Origin: Octopus vulgaris
Lineage: Eukaryota
Assembly: GCA_951406725.2 (NCBI GenBank)
Contig: OX597817.1
Coordinates: forward strand, 5,084,001-5,148,000
Reading direction: 5' to 3'
DNA: 64,000 nucleotides
The number at the start of each line of letters is the position of its first letter. Position 1 is the stretch's first letter. Position numbers and translations under genes: made by a program. The notes under the pieces are model-generated. The model saw nothing but the letters and a program-made list of their open reading frames with translations, did not search any database and was not told the origin of the DNA. Of this stretch, positions 38,880 through 52,674 are shown one piece after another.

Positions 38880-40540
38880 GTTTGTTATTTAGGTTTTGGG
38901 ATGTATGTGTTAATTTGTCTTGTGGGGAGGGAGTGGGTTTTTGGTGTATATTGAGGTTTATAAGTTAGTATAGGTATGTGTGAGTGAGGTGGGTATTTGT
39001 ATAAGTCGTGGGTCTGTGGTTTACGTGTGTGTATTTGTGTGTGAATGTTTAGGTTAGGGGGATTGCTATATAGGTTTGTTATAGAGTTTAGCAAAGGGAG
39101 ATTTTATCGTTATATGCTTTTAAGAGTTTTGGTTTATCATGGTTTTTTTTAGGTAATTCGTGGTAATTTGTCTATTTTCGATGTTGGTTGTTTTATTACA
39201 TTGTTTCATTTTAATTCCATTTATTTCATTTCTCCATTCATTATTTTAAAAGATGTTCGTTTCCAGAGCGGTTATACTTTTTATACATATGTTAAGTTCC
39301 TTGGTAAAGTAATTTTGTTTGGTGTATATGTTGAGGCTTATATGTACTTGTGGGTGTGTGTGAGTGGGGTGGGTGTTTGTATTTGTTATGGGTGTGTGGT
39401 TTACGTGTGTGTATTTGTGTGTGAATGTATAGGTTAAAGGGATTGCTATATAAGTATGTTATAGTGTTTAGTAAAGGGAGGTTTTATTATTTATGTTTTT
39501 GTGAGTTTTAGCTTATCATGGTAGTTTTATAAAAGAATCCATTCATAATTTTTGTGTTTATTTGTCTGTGTGGGGTTGAGTGGGTTTTTGGAGTATATGT
39601 TGAGGTTTATATGTATGTATAGGTATGTGTAAGTGGTGTGGGTATTTGTATATGTCGTGGGTGTGTGGTTTACGTGTGTGTATTTGTGTGTGAATGTTTA
39701 GGTTAGGGGGATTGCTATATAGGTATGTTATAGAGTTTAGTAAAGGGAGATTTTATCATTATATGTTTTTATGAGTTTTGGTTTATCATGGTAGGTTTGT
39801 TAAGGAATTCGTAGTAATTTGTGTCTATTTGGGATGTCTGTTGTTTTATTGCATTGTTTCATTCATAATTTTTAAGTAGTGTTCGTTTTACCAAGTGAAT
39901 ATAATTTTTAATTCCATTTATTCCATTTCTCCGTTCGTAATTTTAAGTGATGTCCGTTTTCTAGAGCGTGAATGTGGGTTGTATGTGTGTGTGTGGGAGT
40001 ATGAATAAGTATTGTGTTGAAGTATTTAGCTATTTTATTTATTTATAGTTGCCTAGACGTTTTTATGTGTATGTATAGGGATATATATATAGGTGTGTGA
40101 TTTAGTGTATGTAGTTAGATATGGTTATATATAATTAGTTATATGTGTATGGGTGTATATATAGTTTATTATTATATTATTATTATTTTTGTTTTGTTTT
40201 ATATTTTATATTTTATATTTATATTTTATATTTATATTTTATATTTAATTGTTGATAGGTTTATTTTAGTTTATATATTGTTTATATATTGATTATATAT
40301 GGATTATATATAGGTTATATATGGATTATATATTTATATTTTTTCATTCATACTTTAATTATTTTAAAATTATTATTTTTATATTTTAAAATATTGATAT
40401 TTTAGATTGGAAGTCCACCTGAAGATTGTCGATCAAGACAAGAAACAATTGTAGTGGCGGTTTTTTTGACTATTTATTAAAATTTTATGTATTGATTAAG
40501 TCTTTCCTTGTTTGTTTTGCAAAATAGTGGTTTTGTCTCT
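38880..40540 (+). mobile_element. 1.6-kb G/T-skewed non-coding element with three imperfect internal repeats and a terminal hammerhead (Penelope pseudo-LTR or retrozyme-like)
   Basis: GGTTTACGTGTGTGTATTTGTGTGTGAATGT recurs at about 39018, 39398 and 39668. The plus strand is strongly C-poor. Hammerhead at 40415-40457. Confidence 0.6.
40415..40457 (+). ncRNA. Minimal type I hammerhead ribozyme, canonical core
   Basis: CCAC-CTGAAGA-TTGTC-gatcaa-GACAA-GAAA-CAATTG-TA-GTGG: 4-bp stem I, CUGANGA, 5-bp stem II, GAAA, palindromic stem III (ACAATTGT), GUA cleavage triplet ending at 40453. Confidence 0.88.
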
Positions 40541-40544
40541 AATA

Positions 40545-40645
<101 letters not shown>

Positions 40646-40929
40646 AGTAGGTTGCAATGTTCCTCCAAAATTGTCACTGAAATGTTAGCAGGGTGTTAAA
40701 AACACCTATATTGCTAGAAATAAGAGCTAAGAGGCTCTACTGCTTTAGTTAACGCACATGAATGAAAACACATACACTAACAGGGACCATAACTGTCCGA
40801 AAAATGCCAACCGAGTATTCTTAAAACTGACATCAGTTTGGGCAATTTCCGTAGCCATCATCAGTTAGGCCGGCTCGGCGTTCCTCTTTTTCCGAGTCTG
40901 TTTCTCCACTAGTATATATGATTTCGTCA

Positions 40930-41188
40930 TACAGTGCCCTCCCAAAACGTCTGAGAGGCCTACATGTGGTGGATGTAATTGTTCTGAAAACAAAATTGGA
41001 TCTGCTCTTGTCAAGTGTTCTGGATGAACCTACCTTGAGACAAGATGCAGGCAGCAACATTACTCCCTCATTCAACAAATGCCACATATCACATAAGGTT
41101 TCAAGTGGTGAATGTTTAGCAAGGCTAACGATGGTGCTCCAGCATGGCTGCAGCTCTCGTGCAGAGACTAGTAAAGGAAAAAATATAT
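40930..41188 (+). mobile_element. CR1/L2-group LINE extreme 3' fragment
   Basis: YSALPKRLRGLHVVDVIVLKTKLDLLLSSVLDEPT matches the FK.KLD.FL..VPDEP ORF2 terminus. The tail is GGTGCTCCAGCATGGCTGCAGC. Confidence 0.75.
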
Positions 41189-41243
41189 AAGTGTGTATAT
41201 AAACTTTTATGTATGAAAGGTATATGAAACGTATTTGTTCATA

Positions 41244-41648
41244 TCTCTTTTACTCTTTTACTTGTTTCAGTCATTTGACTGCGGCCATGCTGGAGCACCG
41301 CCTTTAATCGAGCAAATCGACCCCGGGACTTATTCTTTTTGTAAGCCCAGTACTCATTCTATCGGTCTCTTTTGCCGAACCGCTAAGTAACGGGGACATA
41401 AACACACCAACATCGGTTGTCAAGCAATGCTAGAGGGACAAACACAGACACACAAACACATACACACACACACACATATATATACATATATACGACAGGC
41501 TTCTTTCAGTTTCCGTCTACCGAATCCACTCACAAGGCTTTGGTCGGCCCGAGGCTATAGTAGAAGACACTTGCCCAAGGTGCCACGCAGGGGGACTGAA
41601 CCCAGAACCATGTGGTTGGTAGACAAGCTACTTACCACACAGTCACTC
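41244..41648 (-). mobile_element. SINE family A, near full length
   Basis: Reverse complement of the family. Confidence 0.9.
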
Positions 41649-42044
41649 ATTCACTTTTCTGCCATTTGTATGTTCAAACGCGAATGCTGAGTGTAGTCTA
41701 AACAAAATTAAAGTTTGCGATCGCTATCAGTTTAATATTTTAATAAGTGTTCTGATATATTTCTTATGTTATATACATAAACATAAATATCACACAAAAT
41801 ATAATGTATTTGTACACAAATTTATGTCTCCTAGAATGTATACGTAAGTGGTGTGTGTGTGTGTGTGTGTGAAGCGTATTTAATGCTATTTATTTTTTGA
41901 AAATTTTGGAGTCAGTGTGGCAAAAGAGATATGGAAAAAATTTAGTATAGGAAAATTAATAAATGAACTGTAAATTATATTCAGTTGCAATTGTACACAA
42001 CAGAAATATATCCTTGCATTATTTATATGTTAATGTATTTCATA

Positions 42045-42420
42045 GTGGCAAACCAGCGGTAGGGTGAAGATTAGGGTTAGGTTTAAGGCACATCGTCCGT
42101 CTTCACGCATTCTGAGTTCAAATTCCATTGAGGTTCACTTTGCATTTCGGAGTCGGTGACTTGTCCCTTCCCCCCAAATTATTGACTTGTGCCAAAATTT
42201 TAAATCAATATATTTCATAGCACTAAAGCGGCGAATATCAATTGCGAGCCGGATAAAATGTTTAGCAACATTCCTTCCAGCCTTGTGTTATGAGTTTAAA
42301 TGCCACTGAGAATGACCTTGCCGTTCATCGTCTGTGTGTCGACAAAATAAGTACCAGTTGAGCACTGAGTTCAATTTAATCGATTTACTCCTTCCCTTTT
42401 TACCGAAATTTGAATCTAAT
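42045..42420 (+). mobile_element. Two highly diverged SINE family B-like copies
   Basis: TTCTGAGTTCAAATTCC and TAAGTACCAGTTGAGCACTG remnants. Confidence 0.55.
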
Positions 42421-43516
42421 ATATTTCATGGCAATAGTATCCATAATGCTCTCAGACTGAACAATTTCGCATAATTCTTAAAGTTCCATTAGACAAAATA
42501 TTCTGGAGAAACCGTAGGAAATTTGTTGGTCTGGGTGAGTGGATTGATGGAAAAAATTTTACCCAACAGGTGAATCGATTACAAATTGACAATGTTAGTC
42601 AATAGTTTATTAAATCAGGTAAGTGGAGGTATTTACAGTAACCGTAGCGTAGAGAAGACTGATTGATGGAGATAGAAAGTCAAGACAGGCAAAAAAAAAA
42701 CAAAAAAACACAAGAAAGTTGATGTATGAATCGTACGTAATTATGTGGGTTACCATTTTATGTGGCCCACAATATTTATGCATACATGTATGTATGCATG
42801 TATGCATGTATGAATTATCTACCTGTGTATAGATATAGGTGTATGTATATGTATGTTTATATATATATATACACAGACATACAAATATACATACAAAACA
42901 AACTTCATAGTTGATGACTACATTCCGAAAATTGTTTTGTTTTTCTTTTTCTTTTTGATCCAACGATCTAAATTATGGCCACTCGCGTTTATCATATGCT
43001 CCGACTATTTTATGGAGTAAACGAGAATGTTGTGATTTCTAGAAATCCATGGGCTGAGGTATTTTAACAGTGTACCTGTACTACACATTGGGCTTTATCG
43101 TTCTACTCCGTTCTTATTATCTCGGTAATGGTGTCTATAGAAGACGCCCGGCTCTTTCACTACGGGCTTACCTCGTCATAATTTATTGATGTCGGTTAAT
43201 AGGTCACTGGTTAATTCCTTCATGGTCATTTCTCTCAGCTAGGTTATAAAGATTATAAACCGATGCATAACTATAAGGGTTTATGTGCTTATATGACTAT
43301 GCGTATGTGTTTGTGCACGCACGCATTTGTTTTATATATTCGTAGATATGATTTACGGTTTACAACATTTATAGATATTTTATTTGATACTGAGAAGTAA
43401 GAAATGAAAACTGGAACGCAGAACGGAAAAGTAAAAGTAAAAGAAAACAACACTATAAGATATATTTAAAAAGAAACATCCTTATTCTGGCAAAAATTTC
43501 GTTCTTTTGTAAGACA

Positions 43517-43735
43517 GCGAGCTGGCAGAATCATTAACATGGTAGACGATATGTTTATCGGTATTTCGTGTCTTTACGTTCTGAGTTCAATTTCCGCCGA
43601 GGTCGACTTTACCTTTTATCCTTTCGGGGCTGATAAATTAAATACCAGTTGCTTACTGGGGTCGATGTAATCGACTGCACCCCACCCCACAAAAGAAGAA
43701 AATTTCGGGCCTTGTGCTAGAGTAGAAAAGACTAT
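43517..43735 (+). mobile_element. SINE family B with alternative tail
   Basis: GCGAGCTGGCAGAATC head and GTCGACTTTACCTTT body. The tail AAATTTCGGGCCTTGTGCTAGAGTAGAAAAG resembles those of the copies at 4766 and 60392. Confidence 0.8.
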
Positions 43736-43864
43736 TTTTCCTTCAGTGCTTTTATTTTATTTTACTGAACTCATGGAAACAAGCAAATCTACGTGATTTG
43801 ATACGTAGAGACTTTACATGGTTATCTTAATAATAGACAACAACAAACATTTATTTATTTAATA

Positions 43865-44248
43865 CTAGCAGTATCGCCCGGCGTTGCTCAGGTTTGTAAG
43901 GGAAATAACTATAAAGCATTTTTAGAGAGTTATAGCCAAAAAATAGCAAAAAAAATGGGAAAAAAATGATGGTAAATTTTTTTTTAGTTAAAAAAGGTGG
44001 AGTTGCGTCCCCTAGACAGTTTGCGGTTTGCGTTTCTGATTCTCGACCCCATGTCGAATTTATCGATTTTTTTCAGAACTGGGGGAACTTTTGAAAATTT
44101 TCGCTGCGTTAGTTTTGAATTATGACATTGGGCTATGTATGTGTCAAGTTTCATCAGAATCGGTTGAAAGCCGTGGTCAGGGTGAGGGTACAAGCAAACA
44201 GACACACAGAAACACGCACAGACAAACTGCCGTTTATATATAGAGAGA
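43865..44248 (-). mobile_element. Non-autonomous Helitron copy 1 (about 385 bp)
   Basis: Minus strand A|TCTCTCTATATATAAA...CCTGAGCAACGCCGGGCGATACTGCTAG|T: 5' TC, subterminal hairpin, 3' CTAG, A|T insertion, no TSD. Confidence 0.9.
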
Positions 44249-44807
44249 TTTTGTTAAATTTATCAGTAAATTTTAAAAAAATGAAAAACTAAAGAATTCA
44301 TTGAGAGTTTAAATTTTCAGATTATGAACATTATCCTTCAAGTTGATAATTTTCGTTCAAAATATTGTTTATCACATATGTAATGTGAGTGGTGATACTT
44401 GTATGCCTACTTCTGGTTGTTTTGTTTTTTACCTGGATATATTTTTGCAGTATGGTTTTGATCACTATATTCATCATAGAAGAAGTCAAGATTTTTGATT
44501 TCCGAGTCTTTAACATCTGTTAATTTTTTAAAACCTTAGAAACGTTTTTTACGTTACCTTTTAATTTATTGAATTAAAAATAAAGCTGTGCGAAAAATAC
44601 GAAGAACCACTCAAATCATTAACTCAATAAGTACTCTCGTCTATGAGTTATGAAGCAATTAACTTTTTTCTAGGAGCAATTAGTAGTGAACCCAAAACAG
44701 ACAATAACTTCTAAAGCTAGGATGACGAAATGAAATAATCTGGTGATAAGACATTATTAATCCCGTGAGGTTAAAGATATATATTAAATGGGGATATATA
44801 TATATAT

Positions 44808-45216
44808 ACTCTTTACTCTTTTACTTGTTTCAGTCATTTGACTGCTGCCATGCTGGAGCACCGCCTTTAGTCGAACAACTCGACCCCGGGACATTATTCT
44901 TTTTGTAAGACCAGTACTTATTCTATCGGTCCCTTTTTGCCGAAGCGCTAAGTGACGGGGACGTAAACACACCAGCATCGGTTGTCAAGCAGTGCTAGGG
45001 AAACAAACACAGACAAACAAACACACACACATACATATATATATATACATATATACGACAGGCTTCTTTCAGTTTCAGTCTACCAAATCCACTCACAAGG
45101 CATTGGTCAGCCCGGGGCTATAGCAGAAGACCCTTGCCCAAGATGCCACGCAGTGGGACTGAACCCAGAACCATGTGGTTGGTTAGCAAGCTACTTACCA
45201 CACACCCACTCCTGCG

Positions 45217-45218
<2 letters not shown>
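44808..45218 (-). mobile_element. SINE family A, full length
   Basis: Reverse complement of the family, flanked by (TA)n. Confidence 0.9.
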
Positions 45219-45260
<42 letters not shown>

Positions 45261-45379
45261 AGACGAACTTAATAATGACGAGAAGACCGAATTGACGATG
45301 TAATATCTCGTACCAATTTTTTCCATACATCATCATGTGATATACCTGTACCGATCAACAGTGACATTTCCTGAGAATA

Positions 45380-46180
45380 TTGGTGGTTTCCAGTTTTACA
45401 ACAATCACACATCATCATTATGGTTGCCCACCCAGGCTTGACTATGATACCACTTTCATAGCTCATATCTCCTCATCCACACCCAATTTGAGATAACCTC
45501 TTCTATAGCCTAATTCATGGTCTTCTACATACTGGTCAGTGAGATGCCCAGCATCTAAGCTCAGCAGAAAAACTGGCTTGCTAACCAATGTTTCATGCCT
45601 CATTGGAATCACATCCTGTCTGCCGCACATGGTTTTGCCACGGTCCCAGCAGTACAGCATATTCCCTTCGGCTGCTGTCATTCGCATTCTAAATGCAGTC
45701 ATCCCATGGAATGAAGAGTTCTAAAAGAACCAATTGCTTAGAACTTACTGAGATTAAGACTTTCCCTGACATTAGTGATGTTGAACCGGCAGTTTCTGGA
45801 TCCTTCAGGTCGATTATGCTATTGCAAGTAGGTTCGGGAAGGTATATCTGGCGGTTGGCAACTTTTTCATATCAGATCTCACAAAGGTGAGACTACGCTT
45901 CATTGAACCGAGGCGTTTGCAATGGCTAGTCCCACTGTGGACGGTATTCCCTATGATGTCCAAAAGTACTTCAAGACTTTGCCATACTTTTAACGGTGGA
46001 ATCTTTTTCCCAGAGTCCTCAGATAACTACTGAGAATATTATCCAATGTTCCTCTTCTCGGGCACTAGGAGTAATTTAGCATCGGTCTTCCCCCAAAACT
46101 GCCCGCATTAGGAGATCATAAACTATTTGAATTGAAAAATGCGTCCAGTGGGACAGGCTACGCAAAGATTCGGTCATATG
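45380..46180 (+). mobile_element. Highly decayed RTE-like LINE fragment
   Basis: IEPRRLQWL resembles the RTE I..RRLRW.GH motif. 45385-45480 is homologous to 37675-37815, showing it is an interspersed repeat. Confidence 0.3.
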
Positions 46181-46308
46181 TAAAAAGTAATGATGTGCAC
46201 ACAGAAACACCTAAAGTACTAAGAGGCATACACACAGAACATAAGTGCTGATGCATAGCCCTACATATGCGCACAGTTTAACTTAATTATATAGTTACAG
46301 ACTCGGGA

Positions 46309-46534
46309 GACAGTGAGCTGGCAGAAACGTTAGCCCGCCGGGCGAAATGCTTAGCGATATTTCGTCTGTCGATACGTTCTGAGTTCAAATTCCGCCGAGG
46401 TCGACTTTACCTTTCATTCCTTCGGGGTCGATAAAGTACCAGTTTCGCACTGGGTCGATGTAATCGACTTAATCCCTTTGTCTGTCCTTGTTTGTCCCCT
46501 CTGTGTTTAGCCCCTTGTGGGTAGTAAAGACATA
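46309..46534 (+). mobile_element. SINE family B monomer with 21-bp target-site duplication
   Basis: TATATAGTTACAGACTCGGGA at 46288-46308 and 46535-46555 flanks the element. Confidence 0.92.
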
Positions 46535-47236
46535 TATATAGTTACAGACTCGGGAATTATCGTAACTCAAAGTATCTTGTCACATTGTTAACGACCAGCA
46601 AAAACTCCATTAAGAACTTAAATCAGTTTCAAAGAAAAAAGCATACATGTAAGTGATTACAAATTAGTGAAAAGTATTGAATTGATATAATGCATTTTCA
46701 TATATTTTGTAAGTCAGATGGATTAACTAGACGCCATTATATTTTGCTTGCAATGTGCCAAAGTTTATATATATGCATCTGTTGTCAGCCGTCGCAACTA
46801 TGACTGGTCATGGATTTGGCATGACATGATCAGATCTCACCTTACTGGTCGGTTTCTTGCATGAGTTTGCCATTTATTACGATCAGCTTCTTTCCATTTC
46901 ACATCCCTTTTTTTCAGAACCTTACACAGGGAAGAAAGAACTTCAACCTGTTTAAGGTCCCCAAAATTGGAGTGACTTTCATTAATCAATCACATTATCA
47001 AACAAATGTAGAGCTACCTTAGTTTACCATTTATGATTTCCGTCAACCTTCTATAATACATGTTTGAATTATGCCTAAGCGGCAATGTATCAGAGATTAC
47101 GAGTGCAAGTCACAAAAATTTTAAGAGATCGAACATAGTAATTATTATGGAAGTCGAAATATAATAAAATTACCTTTTCACAAGCAAGAACTGTAATAAT
47201 TTATTGAACTTCTAAGAATCTGTCTGTTTGACTGTT

Positions 47237-47312
<76 letters not shown>

Positions 47313-47393
47313 CCTCGCTCCCCTATCTCTATGTCTTTGATAATATATGTACATACATATATGTATATATACATGCATACATATAAGTATGCG

Positions 47394-47430
<37 letters not shown>

Positions 47431-47889
47431 ACATATATATATGTATATAAAAATTCATGCATATATATACATATACACACACGCAAACATTCACACACAC
47501 ACCTATATACAGAGAGATACAGAGAAAGAAAGAGAGGAAGAGAAAAGGTGGGAGAGGAGATATTCTTAAAAGTTAAATAAAATGTTGCTATTCATATTTG
47601 TTACTATATATACATACATAGTTGTCTATGCTATTAAATACGCAATTCTATAAATAAACTCTCAGTTACGACGCGCTTATGAGATAGATTCATTTATCAC
47701 GACAGATTGGTAAACGAAATATTTCGCAACACAGATGAAAAGGATTTGAACTCAGATTGAATGTACTACTCATTTGAATGACACGTCCATATCAGTTTTA
47801 TGAACGTGCGTGGGAAGGCATTACCATTACAGCTTCGGAGAACGTATTTTCTCATTATATATGGTTCTTTTTAAATGAATATATGTTAC

Positions 47890-48100
47890 TATTTTCAGAC
47901 TGTCTTTCCATAGTTCGCACGGGTTCGGTGAAGGACAGGGGTAAAAATTAATTAAGATGGCTTCGGCGATATCAAGTCTGGATGTTATCTTTAAATTTTC
48001 TCGGATTACGATGTTGTCAACAAGTGTCTTTTTATATAATTTCATACAGCAGTCTTTAAGACTGCGAAATAGGAATGTGTTAGTTAGGGCTATATTGTAT
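47890..48100 (-). pseudogene. Possible Penelope GIY-YIG C-terminal remnant
   Basis: [17 protein letters not shown] resembles the L.I.EAILI....P.LN terminus. Confidence 0.35.
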
Positions 48101-48102
48101 AC

Positions 48103-48203
<101 letters not shown>

Positions 48204-48389
48204 CATATACACATATATATATAAATATATATATATATGTGTGTATAATATGTATGTATGTATATATACTTACGTCATGCACACACAAAAATTCCTGAAT
48301 CATTTTTATATATCCATGCGTGTGTGTGACTACGTTTCTCTGCGTGCTGGTATGTATGTATATATATATACACACAAACAATGTTTGGA

Positions 48390-48447
<58 letters not shown>

Positions 48448-48710
48448 CATGTATATAATATAAAATTTACTTAGAGATGGATGCGTGGCGTTCGATCATA
48501 TAATAATATGATTAATATATATATATTATATATATGCATATGTACACATAGATGTACATGCCTACATATATATGTGTATATATATGCATATATGGGTACA
48601 GGACGTCAAATTTCTACAAGATTTGTAAGTCCTCTGCTTCGTTTTCACGCAACGAAGATCAAATGTAACACATTCACTTACTCATTCATGCATACATACT
48701 TATATGTATA

Positions 48711-49095
48711 CTAGCAGTATCGCCCGGCGTTGCTCAGGTTTGTAAGGGAAATAACTATAAAGCATTTTTAGAGAGTTATAGCCAAAAAATAGCAAAAAAA
48801 TGGAAAAAAATGATGGTAAATTTTTTTTTGAGATTTAAATAAGGTAGAGTTGCGTCCCCTACATAGTTTGTGGTTCGTATTCCTGATTCTCGACCCCATG
48901 TCGAATTTATCGATTTTTTTCAGAACTGGGGGAACTTTTCAAAATTTTCGCTGCGTTAGTTTTGAATTATGACATTGGGCTATGTGTGTGTCAAGTTTCA
49001 TCAGAATCGGTTGAAAGCCGTGGTCAGGGTGAGGGTACAACCTAACAGACACACAGAAACACGCACAGACAAACTGCCGTTTATATAGAGAGAGA
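48711..49095 (-). mobile_element. Non-autonomous Helitron copy 2
   Basis: Near-identical to 43865-44248, with the same termini and A|T site. Confidence 0.9.
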
Positions 49096-49133
49096 TACGC
49101 ACGCTTGTGTGTGTGTGCGTGGATGTAGGAGAG

Positions 49134-49408
49134 AGAAGGCGCATGACTCAGCGGTTAGAGCGTCAGTCTCACAATCGTGATGTAGTGTGTTCGAATCCCG
49201 CACCGGTCTTCGTGTTGTGTTCTTGAGCAGGACACTTTATTTCACGTTGCTCAAACTCACTCAACGGTACAAATGAGTTGCAATGTCCCCAGGAGAGATG
49301 TGAGTCTAGTATGCATGGGCGATTGCTAGTCTTCCATAAAAAAAAACTTGCCTTCTAGGCCAACTTTCTAGGTGCAATCCCGTGGTCATTCATGACCGAA
49401 CGGGTTCT

Positions 49409-49414
<6 letters not shown>
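49134..49414 (+). mobile_element. SINE family C, diverged and internally deleted
   Basis: Head and tail match 28065-28409. Confidence 0.85.
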
Positions 49415-49448
<34 letters not shown>

Positions 49449-49863
49449 GAGAAAGAGAAAGAGAAAGGGAGAGAGAGAGAAGAGAAAGAGAGAGAGAAAG
49501 ATACACACGTATTAAAACTGGAGGTTGAAAAAGGATTTTGTATTATCTATTCAATATTAGACATGTTTCATTTGGTGTCACACATTTTTTCTGGCGGCGA
49601 ATCAAATAATCTCTGCGAAGAATTTCTTGCGTTTAACCTACATGTAAAATTTGGTAAGTCTTATTAACAAATGAAGATTGTGAATAAATAATGGTGAATA
49701 AATAATGCCACTGCATTTTTTTCGATCTCCAGTTTTAATATATAATTACTCTGCAATTAATGTTTCCAGAATTTTCAACAACGGATTTGAATCACAGGAA
49801 TGCGAAGAGGACACATCTGGGATTTCAGCCCTATCTAGTTTATATATATCCTATTACATTATT

Positions 49864-49923
<60 letters not shown>

Positions 49924-50318
49924 GCTTATTTAGATAGATTGATTGATTGACAGATGGATATATAGATAAATAGATAGATACATACATACATACATACACA
50001 CACGCGCGCAAACACACACACACACATATATATAAACACATTAATTAAGGTAACGGAAATCTATTTTATGTATGGAGCATTAAGAAGAAACAATTAAATA
50101 ATTCAGTGGGAAGCAAGAAGCTCGGCTTCTCATTAACTAATATCATTTTAATTAAATGCTCTCTGCAGAAAATATTTCAATATTAACCTAAGTATTATCT
50201 TCCTCGGAGATAATATGAAAGCGTTACATTTTATTTGGAAACACAGACACACACATCGTTACAGCTCGTGTACGGGCGTGTGTGTGTGTTTGCGTGTGTG
50301 TGTGAGTGTGTGTGTGTT

Positions 50319-50368
<50 letters not shown>

Positions 50369-50609
50369 TGTGTGTCTGCGTGTACTATGTACATATACCT
50401 GTATCTGTTTTCCCTGCATGAAATGAAGTTATTCCTGTCCTACTAATGAAAAGCAAGCGATAAGTTAATATTAACATATTTAATGCAGAGAGGTTTTAAT
50501 TAAAATATTATTCGTCATTGAGTAGCCCAGCTTTTTAATTCCCTCCCGGTTGATTCTACTTAGATCTTTAATGAGCCATGCATTAAATATATTATCATTA
50601 TCTTTATCT

Positions 50610-50641
<32 letters not shown>

Positions 50642-50816
50642 ATGAGTGTGTGTGTGTGTGTATATATATATATGTATATATATATATAATTACACATATA
50701 TATATATGTGTGTGTGTGTATATATATGTATATATATATAATTATATATATATATATATGTGTGTATATATATATATGTATATATATATATATGTATGTA
50801 TATGTATATGTATATA

Positions 50817-50893
<77 letters not shown>

Positions 50894-51070
50894 TAAAACG
50901 GAAATAGGAGGAAATAGAAAGCATACTGAATGATAGAATTTAAAACAATTGTGGCATATAGGGATAAGAATAAAAACAAGGGTGACAAAGAATGATGTAG
51001 AAGAAATGAAGAGAAATTTACATTCAGCAATATTATTAGAAGTTATAGTGTCAGAAAATATAGAAATATA

Positions 51071-51690
51071 TTTATTTCTTTATTGCCTACAGGGACCTAC
51101 GGGTAGAGGGGATAAACAAAGCGATTAAGTCGATTACATGGACTCCAGTGAGTAACTGGTATTTATTTAAGCGACACCGAAAGGGTGAAATCGACCTCGG
51201 CGGAATTTGAACTCAGAACGTTGCGGCAGACGAAATACCGCTAAACATTTCATCAGGCATGCTAACGACTCTTATTTCTTTACTACCCACAAGGGGCTAA
51301 ACATAGAGGGGACAAACAAGGACAGTCAAGGGGGATCAAGTCGATTATATCGACCCCAGTGCGTAAATGGTACTTAATTTAGAGACCCCGAAAGGATGAA
51401 AGGCAAAGTCGACCTCGGCGGAATTTCAACTCAGAACGTAACGACAGACGAAATACCTATTTCTTTACTACCCACAAGGGGCTAAACACAGAGTGGACGA
51501 ACAAGGACAGACAAATGGATTAAATCGATTATATCGACCCCAGTGCGTATCTGGTACTTATTTAATCGACCCCGAAAGGATGAAAGGCAAAATCGACCTC
51601 GGCGGAATTTGAACTCAGAACGTAGCGGCAGACGAAATACCGCTAAGCATTTCCCCCAGTGTGCTAACGATTCTGCCAGCTCGCCGCCTT
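51071..51690 (-). mobile_element. SINE family B, trimeric array
   Basis: Units at about 51458-51690 (full), 51271-51457 and 51071-51270 (both 5'-truncated). Confidence 0.9.
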
Positions 51691-51717
51691 AATATAGAAA
51701 TATAGTGAATATATATA

Positions 51718-52124
51718 GGCGCAGGAGTGGATGTGTGGTAAGTAGCTAGCTAACCAACCACATGGTTCCGGGTTCAGTCCCACTGCATGGCATCTTGGGC
51801 AAGTGTCTTCTTCTAAAGCCCCTGGACGACCAATGCCATGTGAGTAGATTTGGTAGACGGAAACTGAAAGAAGCCTGTCGTATATATGTATATATATATA
51901 TGTGTGTGCATGTGTTTGTGTGTCTGTGTTTGTTCCCCTAGCATTGCTTGACAACCGATGCTGGTGTGTTTACGTCCCCGTCACTTAGCGGTTCGGCAAA
52001 AGAGACCGATAGAATAAGTACTGGGCTTACAAAGAATAAGTCCCGGGGTCGATTTGCTCGACTATAGGCGGTGTTCCATCATGGCCGCAGTCAAATGACA
52101 GAAACAAATAAAAGAGTAAAAGAG
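51718..52124 (+). mobile_element. SINE family A, full length
   Basis: Matches 2440-2850. Confidence 0.92.
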
Positions 52125-52674
52125 ATATTATATACTTTTACAAAAATGTTGTTAAATTCCAATTTATTTTGAGTCTACTGTCTAATTAGGCTGGAGATTA
52201 TTCAGGTTTCCATGACCTTTGAGTAACTGAAGCTATAAGATTCATATTCTGGCAGATGGACTTTTATGTTAGTCTGATGTATTATTATCAGCAGAGAACT
52301 TAAGATGTATTTCAGCTGGATTATTAATCCCTAATTAGCCCCTTTTTGTTCTATATGTGTGTGTGTGAGCGCGCGCGAGTGTGTGTGTGCATCAGCAATG
52401 TCGAAAACAAAGACGGTTTCAATACTCGCATTAGAGTGGATACCGCTGGAGTTAGCCAAGGGCCATGTTCTGGTGTTAAATCTAGCGATGAATTAAATCT
52501 ATCGAGTATGATTATGTACGCTTCTTCGCATGATTTTCTGTCAAATTTCATCAAGCAAGTTTCATTCTCAAGTCTCCTATCTTTTCTAGACTATGGGAGA
52601 CTGCACATGTATAAGACTAAGTTGAACTTGAGAGCAAGTGATTGCTACACATATGGCCATAACACCATATAGAT

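Noticed and set aside
46895-47030. Strong splice-acceptor-like polypyrimidine CAG
   Set aside because: The downstream frames are short and unrecognisable, and such sites arise by chance in AT-rich DNA.
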